DNA of 62,286 nt, the filler included, from Sphacelaria rigidula (Eukaryota): assembly GCA_964200075.2 (NCBI GenBank). It is 10 parts of 10 records of this genome, joined end to end, with 100 filler letters (N's around TTAATTAATTAA, not from the genome) between each part and the next. Parts side by side here need not be neighbours in the genome. Positions count along the whole stretch, not along the records: positions 18,718 to 24,856 come from CAXNAA020021981.1; positions 24,957 to 31,095 come from CAXNAA020021982.1; positions 31,196 to 37,334 come from CAXNAA020021983.1; 7 more parts are not named here. One strand, given 5' to 3'. A model generated the notes under the pieces. It was given only the letters and a program-made list of their open reading frames with translations, did no database searches and was not told the DNA's origin. The number at the start of each line of letters is the position of its first letter. The stretch's first letter is position 1. Positions 23,525-37,434 of the stretch are shown one piece after another. Made by a program: the position numbers and the translations under genes.

Positions 23525-24461
23525 TTTACATTGAAAACCGTTCCGATATCTGCGCGGTTCATTTGTTCTGGGCATCTGATGCGGACGCATTCCGTGGTCA
23601 CAGGCTAGCTACCTATTATAAGGTATGTGGAAATCAAACAAAACAAAACAAAAACAGAGACCTAGATTAACACTCACAAAACGCGGTACAAGCTAAACAG
23701 GGATAAATAATTAAGAAGAAATATAATACATAGGGCTAACCTCAGAAGATCTGGTACCGCAGTTGGCCATTCAGACTTCAGGCGGTGGCACCCGGCTTTC
23801 CAACTCGACGCGCGGGGCCAAGTAGAATTGAACATTTCGCAACGGTATTCCTGGTGTTGCTGGTGTTATGGTTTTGACAAACACACAGAAATTATGCACG
23901 CGTGATCAGATGTCGTCGAGATATGTTGTAGCTGTCTTTTTGAAAAACTATTCACTTCGCTATTTTTTCTGCATCTTGGTGCTCTTAGGTGGGTGCTGCA
24001 ACTATGAAGATATCCTGTCATACTTTATAGGGCCGAAGTCGGGAGATACGAACCGAGGTTGTCCGTACTGTAAACAAAACACCCCCCCCTAGGCATCACG
24101 TACTCATATACCTTTATATGACGATAGCATGATCCTGTGCTCGGTTGTTCACGTCCTTCGCGACATGTTTTTCGTGGCTGTGGAGAGATGATGAGAGTCC
24201 TCAACAGACACTTGAGGGGATGTTCCTTTCATGCGCTACTCTACCCTCTACATCGATTGATTGGGTGGTCGGTTGATCGTAGATTATTGTATGTATACAG
24301 TCTTTTTCCATGGTAGGCACACGCGTGCATCAGTGGTATTTGTTTTCGACGGAATTAGGAAAAAAGCAGAAAGAAATTCAACACCCAGTACGTTCGAGTA
24401 CGTACAAACACCAGTACACACAGAAACAAGAAAAAATCGATATCGGAATGTAAAAAAACAG

Positions 24462-24581
24462 GCACACAACCAGTACATGTCGAAGTTTGACGAGAGGAAA
24501 TCTGTGGAGGAGAAGGAGAGGAAGCTCAAGGACGCACAGCGCAGGAAGGAGGCGTGGGCAAGGTCCAACTCCGACATGAAG
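24462..24581 (+). CDS. Exon of charged helical protein (AHNQYMSKFDERKSVEEKERKLKDAQRRKEAWARSNSDMK)
   Basis: aacag| acceptor and AAG|gtaagg donor, 120 nt, phase 0-0, GC3-rich. Confidence 0.75.
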
Positions 24582-27400
24582 GTAAGGAAACAAGCAGCGA
24601 TTTCAAAAGGTGCGTGGAGTACAGGCCCGGTTAAGTTTTCAGGTGTCGTCCTACACTATTCGGTATTTTTGCTCGGTCGATACCCGAGGTAGCCTGCTGT
24701 ACTTTCTGCTTGGGGCAGTCGATGCCCCAGGTATCGTGCTGTAGTCGGCCCTACATTTAGTTTGGGGATCCAGGGTGTGCTCAGGTCACGGTAAGGTACC
24801 CTGAACACCTCGTACGATCTCTATCTCCGGGGGGGGGGGGGGGGGGGGGGGGGGGGNNNNNNNNNNNNNNNNNNNNNNNNNNNNNNNNNNNNNNNNNNNN
24901 TTAATTAATTAANNNNNNNNNNNNNNNNNNNNNNNNNNNNNNNNNNNNNNNNNNNNCACAAATCTCTGATACTGTACCGTCTGTGCCATAAAACGGTCCC
25001 CCCGATTTTTTTTTAATCGGGGTTCCAAAAAATCGAGATTCGTTTGCCATAAAAGTGGGTCTTACCCGTTCCCTCCCACGAAATACGTTCGTGTTCCCAA
25101 GGGATAAACAAATTGTATCGCGGATTGGATCATGGCCACCACTTCCGCAGACACCGCGTTGACTCTCGTCAAACGAATTCGCTCCATTAGACTATTTTCG
25201 CCGTTAACGCCCTCACTGTTTCAACGAAGGAAATCAAATACTCCACAGAAAGAAAAAAAAAACTAAAAGCAACTGGTCGGGATGGGATCCACGTTTCTCC
25301 GACCTGACGGTGTCAGTTGTCCCATTGTACCGCCGAGATGCGGCGCCCGACTGCAACCGCTTCGTGTATAGTCGGCCAACTGAGGAAACCTCATACATGC
25401 AAAGTTGGTTACGCGGCTATGCTCCGATGAATGAGGTTTTTCATAATTTCATTCTCGCACACCGACTGATACCCGAGCACTCCTTCATTATCGGCCATCA
25501 TGAAACTTTGCGCACGAGTCGGAGGCAACACAGGTGACATATGCGCCAAGCGCCCGCACAATTGGGCCCCGAACAAACTCTAACATGACCGCAAACGATT
25601 TCGGGGAATGCCGCAGATCCCTTGCGGGTGCAACATAACGATTGTCAAGAACTGCTGAGAATAAAACGCCCACACAATAAAATACTCGTACTGTATACTG
25701 CCGCCTATTTCAAATTATTTGGTGTCCGTGGGTTTTGTTCCGTTGTATATACCGTACGTGAATGGCCATGTAGATTGTAGATTGCCATGTAGGGCTGACG
25801 CTCCCAAGAGCAGGGCGGCGCGTGCACTGCGCCACATGGATAGGGGGTTTAAGTGGGAGCCTTCCCCACATGACTGCCGCGGGATGGTCTAGCCGAGCCT
25901 TCCGGTAATCGGCACACGAGCTCGCTAGCGATCGCCTCCGATCGCTTGCGGGGTAAGTGTTGGGTTGGGTATCCTACTTCCATCGAGGAAAAAAAAAAGT
26001 AGATTGCCATGACACGTGTTGATACGCGCGGCTCGGTGAGTTTGAGCGTTCTGGAAGCTCAGTGACAGTCAGTGTAGCAAGTGTACTGTGCACTGGATAC
26101 AGTATAGTTGCCATTTCTTGATTTCGGATAATGCTGCCATACGTGCATATATACGATGGCGGATTGCTGAGCAAATGAGCTTCTGGCGTGAAGTGCATGG
26201 TACACCGGGAGAATTGTTTGTATTTCCAGACTGCCGGACTGTGTCGTAGCGCAAGCAGCTTTCCCGGAAAATACGTTTGCTGTGACTGACGATACTGACA
26301 CTGCTCGCCGCTGTCGGTGCTGTTATACTGCACTATTACTATACTGTCTGTAGATCATGCTGTCGTGATATAACGATCTCCAGGACCGAAAACTTGATCA
26401 AGTGTTGACAGAGACGGGATCATGATACCAGTTCATGTTTTATAGTCACCCCGAGACACTGCCGACTTCATGCTGACGGCCTTATTAGGACGCACTAGGA
26501 CATGGCGACGAGTAACATTCGCATAAACTGTACCTGGGGGCAACCAGCTCTCGTGCACGTCTGCACTCCATGATTAGGGAGTGTAAGGCTTACCGTACGT
26601 GCCATGACGGGCCGACGACCCACGACCCATTCAACGTGCATCATCCTAGAAGCAATAACACTTGAAACATGACAATAGCTGCACATCATCCCAGGAATAT
26701 TGAGTTTGACCAAGATGACACCCAACACGCTGACATGAAGCAAGCCGCGTTATCTCTACAAGGAGAAGCTCGCTGCCCATGAAAAAAATGTGCATGCAAC
26801 ATGTGTAAGAACCATACCTTGCACGAGCCCGGCTAAAGCAACGGCGATGACCGCACGCGACATCCTCGCAAGAACAGCTCTCATTATTCTGCCAGAATGT
26901 TTAATGAGCGTACCGAACTATCTCCCGCACTCCAGCCACCACTGCCTGCTGCTGCGACAATGATGCACTCACTGATGCTGGTACAGCTTACTTTGCAGCT
27001 GAAAGCTACTGCGTACACGGAGGCTGAGTACTAGTGTCGATCGTCTGCGAGCCCAACTGACGTCGGGAATTTGGCCGACGCCTCCCCAAAGAAGCGGATT
27101 CTACCTACTAAAAATTATCAATTATTATCCAGGGCATGTCAAGGTCCTGTAAAGACGGACTTGAGTGATTGAGGTCGAGAGTCGGGCAATTGTACCAGCG
27201 CGTCAGGGAGTTCCATTGTCACGCCACCTATTCCCGAGAAGCTGCAGAGCAGTGGAGCGGAAAAGGCAGCAACAGGAAGCTTTGCAAACAGAAACATCGA
27301 AAGAGAAAGTAGCAGAGCAGTTTCTTCAGGTGCAACGGAGAACACTCCCAACGGCAGCAACCACCCCTGTCCGTATACCCCATCTCAGTACAAACAGCAG

Positions 27401-27693
27401 CAACTGAAGTCGAGGCTAGCAGCATGTCCACGTTTGCAGATGCATCAGATGGGGTGGCTGCAGCAAATAAACCCGACATCACGAGTACCGAGGCTGCAGT
27501 TCCTGCCGAGAGCAATGCGACCGCGTCGCACCCGGCAGAGGTAGGTGGTGGGTCGAAAGTTCCAGCCGCGAATGGGACCGGCGCTGTCTTGGAAGATGGG
27601 TACCCTGCGGACTTGGAAATACCCGTACGATACGTGAAGGGCATGGATGGTGATATGGTGGAGGCACGCAGGCGTTGGATTGAGTCTCTCAAG
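27401..27693 (+). CDS. Exon ending in a CRAL-TRIO (Sec14-like) N-terminal motif; 5' boundary uncertain, gene possibly decayed
   Basis: EIPVRYVKGMDGDMVEARRRWIESLK|gtgcgt resembles the CRAL_TRIO_N pattern (RFLRA..GD...A..R...L.WR). An expected continuation WSREEEVGGSILAEH lies at ~28145 without an AG acceptor. Confidence 0.5.
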
Positions 27694-30600
27694 GTGCGTG
27701 TGTGTATGCGTCTTGTGGTTTCAGTTAGCGCGGTTTGCATGCTATTCGGCTGATGGTACAAGTACAATAAGTGAGTAGTACAAACAGTACAAAAGAACAC
27801 GTGTCTTGAATGGGCGCAATATCATTGTGGTCACGACTGAATATATAAGCACCATCGTTCATCAAAGTCTTGGCACTACAGTATTCCAAGTGTTACCTTT
27901 TTGGATCAGGCGTGTAGATGCGTGCGACCCGCGTACTCTGGTAAGCGTGTTCCGCATTTGTTCCGTGTTACTTCTCTGTTCTACACACTGTATAGCAAAG
28001 CGCTGGCCGCACGAGGAATATTCTGTAGTTGAGGCTATGCGGTTTCAGATGATGATTCTTGAGATGGTTGCTCCTTCCCATACCAGACCATCTAGTAGGG
28101 TCTACACTGTGCACTCTCTGTCATCGCGGCATTCCGGTACCGTCTGGTCGCGAGAAGAAGAGGTTGGTGGTAGCATTTTGGCCGAGCACTCACACCATCA
28201 AGACCGATCAAAAAGGCGGACAACTTCGGTGGTTCATCGACATCTACCACGAATGTTCGAACAAAATTGGACGCGTGCCCCACCCTCAACAAAATTGTGT
28301 TGACCCCGCGCGTCTTGTAGTAATCAGAGGAGGTTTGCTGTTCCAGAATGCTTCAGGGTTCAAGAAGCTCTTAGAGCGTGTGCAACCCTCCCATCGATTT
28401 CGCACGAATTGTGTCTCGGAGGAAGATCGGTGCGTTCCGTCTTCCCTACGCTAACCACGTCGTACAGTGCCACGTGGAAAATGCTTGCTAGTGTGATGAT
28501 GCGTGCGCCCCACAGTCCCTCCCCCCCACCGCCCCAAATCAGGATGTACTTTCGGATCTCGTATCGGAAGACGATACTTGTAGTGTCTCGGTAAACTTGT
28601 GCTCGTGATGAGTGAGCACGACGCGATCTGAGTGCTTTTTCCCGCGATTCGCTCAGCGGCTTCGAGGTCTCGTCCGGATACTCTATGAATGATATTAGTC
28701 TACGGTCCGGAGACATAACCACGCCAAAACTTTCACGAAGAACTACAAAACGGCAACGTGTTGGGGCGTATTTCCTGGATCTGGGTCGATGGGTGCACCT
28801 GTACTGCACATAATGTCAAGACTGGACGATGTTCACATGCGAGATGCTTCAGCATGCATCATCGTTCATGACTACATTACCTACTCTTCGATTTCCAGCC
28901 CAGTCATGCAGCGAGGTACGAAATACTACACGACATTCTTCATTGTGCACCGCCGTCCATGACTTCACTGTACGTACTGTTGGATCTCCAACCCGTACAT
29001 GCATCGAGGTACAGAGCCCTCTCGCGCGTCGATCGTGGGCGGTGCTGGTTCACGTGGCAATCCCGTCATGGTAACGTGGACTATTCTTCACTTATTTTTA
29101 CCCTTCGACAGCGGGGGTAGGCCATCCGTTGAATCGGCATCGATTTCTCTCAAAGGGAGTATACATGATTCAGATGGACTGCCCTCGCCCTCCAAGGGTC
29201 ATCGCAAGTAAAATTTCTCCGAAACGACACGTCGTTCCGCCGCACCCTAGTACGACGTATATCCCCTGCTCGAACTGCTCTATTGGGAACCCACCCGAAC
29301 ACGGGTTTGCTGAGCTCAACAACTACTGGTAGCAGACCGGCGATCATCAACCCAATCACTACACAACCGTTTCCATATTCCCGAACCTGGCGTAACCTGC
29401 ACCGTTCGAGTACTGTCCTTTTGTACTTGCGCGATGTCATCCGTGAAGTTGTGTCATTTGCAACCAAAACGTCTTAGCCAGTTTTCGCGGTGTTTGAACG
29501 TCATCCCCACAACAGCTGCACCATCCCCTGCACTATTGTTGATAACGCTTCGACGTCTCACCCGGGTCGTGAACGGTAACACGACGGTTCACTACCCGCC
29601 GGCCGCCCATGCGAGACCCTACCAGGCAACAAACCAAACTGTAGTGTTCGGTAGTAGCGTGTTACACTTTGTGTGCTGTCTGTAGCCATCGGAGTACTCC
29701 GGCAAGACGAGGTATAACTATGTCAGCGTGTGTTGCATTTCATCGGCAAGGCGCCACACGTCGCAACTACTTGGTATTACAGGGCACTACAGGTATCGTA
29801 CGTACGCCGGAAGTCTGCCCTCGCATTCCGCCCGTTCGCCAGTGGTCAGGGTATCCTTGGTACCCCTCCACGTGCCTGCACCTACAGTTGCGATTTTGGG
29901 CCCCGATCTCTCCCCCCCCCTCCCCTCGCATTTTACGTTCTGTCGTCTCCACGTTCATACATTCGTATTTCATATACGCGTGTACCTGTAATTGTGTGTA
30001 TGGAGAGGGGGCAGTTCGCGCGAGTTTATCGTCAGATCATGGGTCACCTTTTCTGGATGAGTACGGCATCGCTCCTGCACTAACCCTAAGCTCAACCGAA
30101 GTCTTCCCGAGACAATCGAAAGGGCAGGGAAAATACGTAAAGTGTCCGGGGCATGGTGTGCGTTGGCAGAGCTTGCGTCGGCGCCTCTTACGCGCCGATT
30201 GTCTACAAAAAATCGTGCAGCTCACGACCGTAGGGAGCAATCGGTATTGTCAGCCCTGTAAAGATCTGAATATTTTTGTCCCCGTCGAAAATCAAGTATT
30301 TTCAACCATGACGATCAACTATTGCGTTTATTGCATTATGCAAAAGATTCCATGCCGTACGACATACACCTTCTGACAAAGTGATGTGTTGCTCAGGCTG
30401 TGTCTTATTTTTTTGTTTTCGACTCGAAATCTCACGGTGGAATCGAATTTGCTTGTACGTGATACGTCAACCATATGAGAAAAATAATAGTGTGGACGAA
30501 TCAGAGACGAGCCAATTCGATTCTACCGCACGTTTGCGACACCAAAACGACTCGATAACACACACTCACGGTGTGAGGTATTTTCTTCACATCAATTGCG

Positions 30601-31332
30601 CGATAGGGCAAAAATCGCATCTTTTGAGTCATATGTGGTCAATAACACCCCCTTCCTTGATAAACGGGGCTTTACTCCGTATCGGTCCTGCAATCCAAAA
30701 TTAGGAAGTGTGTCTCCTGCGCACAATCTTCTTTTTCCAACGCCTACCGATTCCCGATATGTTCAGTAAAAGTGACGAGTCATCTATGGAAAAATCCCGG
30801 TTGAGTAAACACCGTAGTTAAATTTTGACAACTGTAACCACTGTCGTGGCATGCGGTAGCTTCACGGTGCGGTGAGTGAGGATACCAGTGCGCCGTGCCT
30901 TGTTTGACTATTCGTGGTGCCGAAATAAAGGGGTCGGACGAATCATCGCTGGTTCGAATCACTTGATCTACGATAGTCCCCCCACTTCGATGGCTGTCTC
31001 TGGAAGTGGCGATACCAGATAGTGAAGCAACTCATTGTATGTTGTCATCCAAACTCAAGATAATCAGTAGGCTTCGGGCCGAACAATCTTGGTAGNNNNN
31101 NNNNNNNNNNNNNNNNNNNNNNNNNNNNNNNNNNNNNNNTTAATTAATTAANNNNNNNNNNNNNNNNNNNNNNNNNNNNNNNNNNNNNNNNNNNNCCAAA
31201 CGTCTTGAAATGCAATGCGCACGCATTGCACGAGCTTCTCCAAGTGCAAACATGACATTACTGGGACAGTGGAGGGCGTATTCGCCACCGAATCGATGGT
31301 GGGAATTTTGCTCACGGCAGAGGTGAATCACA

Positions 31333-31618
31333 AATTCGCTCTGCCCCGCTCAGTTTTTCGAGTTCGGACCTGAAATTTTGACACGTGATTCGTATCAATA
31401 TTTCCAACACACTCAATGTTGATCACCTCGAAAAAAAAAATCTTCCGGACTTACGGCGGGTCAAAAGAATTCTGAAATCATGAAATCGAGGGAAAATGCT
31501 CCGAAAAATATATATATTTTTTTTGATCAGCATTCAGTGTTTTTGTGAGCTTGATAAGAATCACGTCTCAAATTTTCAGATCCGAACTCGAAAAATTGAG
31601 CGGGGCAGAGCGAAATCA
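31333..31618. mobile_element. Foldback/MITE with ~100-bp inverted arms
   Basis: TTCGCTCTGCCCCGCTCAGTTTTTCGAGTTCGGACCTGAAATTTTGACACGTGATTC... is matched in reverse at 31525-31618. Confidence 0.8.
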
Positions 31619-31739
31619 AGCTTTTTTCAGCTTCTTGCCCGGCCCAGCCCGTATATATATGCATATATATACAAGGTTTCCCTTCGGGAGGTTGGTACGG
31701 GGCATCCCGGGAGTGACGCAAGTCGAAAATATATGTTCA

Positions 31740-32185
31740 AGAGAGGCTGTTGTATCTCATTGCACAGTGGTGATCGTGGCTGTACAAAACATCGCATGTC
31801 TTATCGGATGGTGGCTCCGGGTAAGGTTCACCAACTTGAGTAACACGGATGTGAAGGTTGTACAAATATTGGGCGGCAATAATGTCGACATGTGTGGCAT
31901 ATGCGTATGGATGCAACATAAGCTGAAGGTAATGTCGAACGCTATCGTACGTTTGGTCGGGACAACCAGCAGTCCGTATCTGTTCGAAATCAGTTCTAAT
32001 CGAGATCGAAGCGTGCAGCGTCATTTCCCCAGAATCTGGAATTGGATCATGAAGGTGTTCGGAAATGTGTTGGATAAGTTGCATTCATACGAATGTGTGC
32101 GCACTTGGGTCGTTGAAAACTCGTCGGGCAACATCGTAGCAAGCAAGCAAGCTCCGCCTCCAATTTCATTGATTAATTCCCAAGT
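31740..32185 (-). pseudogene. OTU-like cysteine protease (deubiquitinase) pseudogene, intronless
   Basis: WELINEIGGGACLLAT/(frameshift)VARRVFNDPSAHTFV*MQLIQHI...YLQLMLHPYAYATHVDIIAAQYLYNLHIRV...VLYSHDHH follows the OTU Cys-box, helical and His-box motif order. Confidence 0.7.
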
Positions 32186-32359
32186 TCCCGGTGGATGTTG
32201 TCGGTTATCGTAATCATGGTTGTCGTCTTTGTTGCCGCCACCGCCGCTGTCACCGTCACCGCTGTTGGAGCCTGGGTCACCGCTGACGGCGGAACCGCCG
32301 GCGAAGGACATGTGTGGTATTCCCGAGGTGCCAGAAAAAAAGTAGCTCTCGTGCCACAA

Positions 32360-32800
32360 ACACATGACAGCGGGAGGCACTTCCCGAAAAATTGAAATGC
32401 GTGGAACATTCTTGGCATGTTCTTTGTCACTTGGGGAGCTCGCGGGTATATTCTTAGTGCTTCGCTCTTTCGCTGCACATGAGAATTTGCATTTCCCTGG
32501 ACAAAATAGTGGCTTTCACTGGCTGCTGGAATACGTGGAACATTCCTGGCATGTTCTTCCTCAGATGGGAAGCTCGCGGATATGTTCTTCCAGTGCTTCG
32601 CTTTTTCTCTGCACATGGGAGTTGCGTTTTTTCTGTAAAAGCCGGCCGAACCGAAATTTTCACCGGGCCTTTTTTTTAACGGGTATGTTTCTGCAGTGCT
32701 GTCGTTTTTCGCTGCACATGAAAGTTTGCGTTTTTCTGGACATAGGATTGGTGGTCCTTGTCTAAAACGATTGCACATTACTGTGGCTCCCACATCACCG
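32360..32800 (-). repeat. 3-4 imperfect tandem repeats (~100-135 bp) encoding decayed CxxC...FCxxxC motifs
   Basis: GTGGAACATTC.TGGCATGTTCTT and CTGCACATG recur. The minus strand translates to RTCQECSTYSSSQ*KPLFCPGKCKFSCAAK, RTCQECSTHF and PILCPEKRKLSCAAK. Confidence 0.65.
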
Positions 32801-34266
32801 GGCCTTTTTTAAGAACAGGGTGATTGTTTTTGCGGCAAAACGTTCCTGTGCTGCCGTGCTGCTATGCCTTGTTCAACTCGCCAACGGCCCATTGCACGGT
32901 CATGTGTTTGCCGCTGACTAAGGTCAAGGCGATGTTCAATTGTTTTCAACTGCCTTGCTCTCATGTTCTCGTGATATAGGCGGCATAATTGGTGTGTTCG
33001 TGCTAAATGAACGAGAACGCGACAAAGAGAATCACGGGGGGAAAATACCCCGCCAAAAGTATTCCTGTTTCAAGTTTTTCATGATCTTGAAAAGTCTTTC
33101 GTGGTTCGGGATCGACATCCCGCGAAAAAAGGCCAGTTTGAGCAACTTTTGGTGACCCGAACACGCGCCACAGGTATCAGATGACACCCAAACCTGAATG
33201 CTCATGTACCGTTGAGCCTTGTTAGTGCGATGCAAAAGAAAGCGCGGGGAAAATGCCTTGTCGCCAAAGAAAACTCGGCAAACGTGGTGAAAAATGTGAA
33301 ATGATACATGAATATGTCTATCTATTTATCTATCTATCTATCTATCTATCTATATATATATATCGGTACAGCTCTTGCACACTGCGCGTGACAGCAGCAG
33401 CTGCAGCAACAACAACAGCAAACAAGACAAGGGTGTTATTCCTCTCAAACAGAACTCAACTCACTTGAAAGACCAAGCCGGTGTCTGTTCCCTTGGTGAA
33501 CTGTTGTGTGGGGAGACGGCTGTATGCCACCGGAGGGGTGTTATGAGGCACCCGACGGATCTTCAACGACCTCACCGCCCTGTCAAAGCACCTGGAGGGC
33601 ACGAGAAGGGGAAATACATGACCATCACGCATGCGTGTCCAAGCCCCCCCTCCCCGTCGGAGGCTGTCGAGAACGAGAAAAACTAGGGCAGAAACCTCGT
33701 TCTTCCTGTTTCTCTAGCAGTACAAACGAACACAAATGAACAACGCCGTCTCCACCCAGGCAGGGATTGACAGCTTAGAACGAGCATTTTCTTGGCGTCT
33801 TCCCTGTGTTGAGGAGGGGCATGGGCTCCGACAGCACTCTCGCTCGAGGTCGAAATCACCAGCATCGACTCTTGGATAATGGCATTTGGATGTTATCAAC
33901 GTCCAACGTCCATTCCCACAATGATCATTTGATCTCAGATTTGACGCATTCACCAATTGATTCACCGATTGATTCATTGGTCGTCGCATGAACCCCTTGG
34001 GAAACTTTCCCTTCCGTCCCAAGTCAGGCACCTCATTATTTCAAGCCCTGACGAAGAAGAATATATGGGACCGGAGAAGACCGACGGCAACCATTTTTAC
34101 GGCGCAAGGTCGCAGAAGAATACACCAGCATACGACAGGCGAGCATAAAAAATGTCACCCCGGTGCGGTTTTGATTCGTTTCGTCCAATGAGGGGACGCA
34201 ACGGGTCAAGTGTGTTTCAACTTTGTGCACACAGCCGAAATCAGCACTTGCGTTCCTGAACTCCAT

Positions 34267-34405
34267 CACACCCTGGACAATGGATCCTTTGTGCAAAAAA
34301 CTTCTCTGCTTACAGTATGGAATCTATTGTCCGCTGCAATAGGCGCAATTGTCGATACTGTACGCAGTACATTTTTTGAATGTGTATTCTTTTGTCCAGG
34401 GTACG
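34267..34405. mobile_element. 138-bp MITE family copy, reverse orientation
   Basis: CACACCCTGGACAA...TTGTCCAGGGT. The interior is the reverse complement of 20570-20707. Confidence 0.8.
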
Positions 34406-34897
34406 AAGTCTATACAAAGATCGGCACCACCTGTCTATTTCCTATATACCGAGCACCGTGCTGCACTTGAGCACATTTCCATACGGGTCTGGAAACACGC
34501 TTTGGACTAATAGTTTTGCGTGAAAACTGTGAACGCTCAACCATACGTCGTTCAAAAAACAGCACCTCGAAATCCACAATTTTCTATCGCCAGTGCCAAA
34601 AGGGTTAAAATATTCGAGGGGAATCCAATCGTGGTCATTATCCACAAGATAGACGTACCCAGGATGAATAAAAGGGAAACACTGCCTGAGGAAAAGTGAA
34701 GAAGACAGAAAGGTACAGTAGGACAAACAAACAGAGTAGACGGGCAAGAAAAAAAAACTAGAAATAGCCGGCCTCTGCAACACAACTTCAGGTAAGAAAA
34801 GGTCTTGGCGCAAAAGCACATGCACTCGTACCCAAACGGAAAACAATATAGCCGTGTGTGTGCGATTGAATTAATTGGGTTCAGCATGGTATCAAAT

Positions 34898-35135
34898 ATA
34901 CTTGTTTCATTGTAGTCGATAATTACTTCGTTTCGGTATGATCGATAAATAGTTGGTTTCAGTGTGGTCGATAACTACTTCGTTTCAGTGTATTATATAG
35001 CAACTCGTTTCCAGTTTATCCAACATCTACTTTGTGCCAGTGTGATCAACACCTACTTCATTTCAGAGTGTCAATAACTACTTGGTTTCAGTGTGGTCAA
35101 TAACGACTTGATTTCTGTGTCAATTACAACTCAGT
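34898..35135. repeat. ~26-bp minisatellite, ~9 degenerate units (TACTTCGTTTCAGTGTGGTCGATAAC)
   Basis: Head-to-tail units with no unique spacers. Confidence 0.85.
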
Positions 35136-37262
35136 TCCTGCTGCGGTTGCGTTACCGTACTGCACCCCGGGTAATGTCCTGAGACTGTACATCACCTACA
35201 ATCGCCATAATCCATGGTATCCAGGGGGCACCCAACTCTTAAAATGGGGTACTGTACCCCCCTCCCCCTTTGGGCTCGACCATAATGAGCTTGTCATACA
35301 TCTGGGGGCTGTGGCCCCTGGCCTGCAGTTGGTAACGCGCCTTGACGTCTCCTTTAATTCTTGGGCAAGTGAAATCTATAGTCTAAGTTTTGTTCACTTC
35401 GGGCTACGAACGCTCATGTGTCCTCACACGAGATGACCAACCGACAAATGACGTCAGTCAAACAACCGCTCGACCAATCATACAGATGCGCGGACAGGAG
35501 GAGGGTTAGGCGACATTTCGGAGCAGTTCCAGTACGGGTGTGCTTTATTCGTCCTTCGTTTCATGCCTTGCGATAAAAATCGACGGTATGCTCAGACCAT
35601 TTACTGATGTCACGTGATATATTCCATTGCTGCAGCAGTGCAAAAAAAGGTACGTCCCTACAAGTACCAACCTGTAAGCACCTCGACGCTTGCCGCTACC
35701 CCCATCTCCCCCGCCGACACATCTCGAAGACGCTCCATTCACAAGCACACTCTCGCACAGAGCGCCAACGAAAAATAAACAAAAAAAGGGAAGGAAAGCC
35801 AAGGAAAAGAAATAGAAACAACAAGAAACGCACCAGCTGACACGGCCTTGAGTCTCTTTTTTCTCGCAGAGGTCCATACAGTCTGTGAGAGCGGGATTCG
35901 AGCGATCCACCTCCAACCCTCGCCACCTAGTTCAATGGACAACAAACAACGGGGTCGAGAGGAAAAAATAGAGAAACGCTGTCATACACACATATATACA
36001 CACATATATCATCTCGTGAAGAGCATGTCTCTGACGCTTCCACCGTTCCGTATTCCCGGTCCCCTAGACAACATGCACGTGGGTCATTTTCCACGACCAA
36101 CAGCTTGTCGCTAACCGCCTGGTCCCCCAGAGAGACCCACTCTATCCGGGGCTGGTAACCTGTATGTGCTCGGCACTGCATCCACGAACCTAAACTTTAC
36201 AACTAGCTAGAGAATCCACATAGCTCTGGCGGTGGCCAGTTTTCTGTGGAAGGGGCCATAGTGTTCTCAACTCATTGGCATTAGAGCAATACCGAGAAGG
36301 GTTGACTAACCCGTGGACCGTGCAGCATTGCAAGTTAACTAACATTCTCGTGTAGTAGTATCGTCATCATTCACTCTATCGGCCGGTCGTTGATATTTTG
36401 CAATCTTTCATCTGCGTACTCGTACAGCAGTCGTTCGTCTCTTCGAGCTTCTTCGGCTTGCGATGAAAAGGTTTTTAATGTGCGATATGGTAGTCTTCAT
36501 GTGAACGGGGTCACGCGTATCATGCACATGTGCATCTAAAAAACGGAAAGGGAAAATATGAGAAAGGCGAACGGACCAGAAATATATTTTGCTTGTAATC
36601 TATTGTTACTATTGTTATTATTACTACTATTGTTAATATGTCTATGTTTATGTCTATGTTTATGATGATCATCATTGCTACCATTACTGCTACCTCTACT
36701 TGTACTTCTTCTACTTCTTCTTCTACTACTACTACTACTACAGACGTAAGCTCCCCTATGAGGTACTATCACTGCTATTCCCCATTTGAGATAAAAACGC
36801 TCATTGAGCGGCTTCTTCTGCCTCCGAAAACAAAGGAAAAAAATAAAATAAAGAAACAATGGGAGATATAAGAGACAAGGAAGAACAACAATGATATAGT
36901 AATACTAGTGATACCCAGCGGGTAATGTCAGTGAGTTTGGAAAATGACAAAGCCAACCATGACAATGTGGTTTAAATATAAAAAGCACCCCCAAAGCCCA
37001 AAAGGCGGGAGGTCACGTGTTCCAATCCCAACAGATACACACGATGTCCTCGAGCAGCATCTGATTTCCGTCGTTGACAGCGACGAGACGTGTGTGGCAA
37101 ATAAAATGCGACGAGAAACGACGTGGTGCAAAAGTGCTGGCCAAACCCTCCATACAAACATCTCCGGTAGGTACAGTACCGGGGGAGACAGATGGCTTGA
37201 TCCCTACAGACCTCTAGATCTGTAGACCTCTAGACTACAGACTTCATCCTCAGGAGAGGCAT

Positions 37263-37334
37263 GAGAGGGGTGTACTCATGATCATGCATGCCATAGTCAT
37301 CAGACCATTGACTCGCATCCCCACAAAGCCGGGA
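37263..37334 (-). repeat. LINE 3' terminus running into LINE body at contig end
   Basis: GGGGTGTACTCATGATCATGCATGCCATAGTCATCAGACCATTGACTCGCATC matches 11158-11210. Confidence 0.8.
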
Positions 37335-37434
37335 NNNNNNNNNNNNNNNNNNNNNNNNNNNNNNNNNNNNNNNNNNNNTTAATTAATTAANNNNNNNNNN
37401 NNNNNNNNNNNNNNNNNNNNNNNNNNNNNNNNNN

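Noticed and set aside
34898..35135. CRISPR-like periodicity (~26 bp)
   Set aside because: Units are head-to-tail and degenerate, with no unique spacers and no cas genes. It is a minisatellite.
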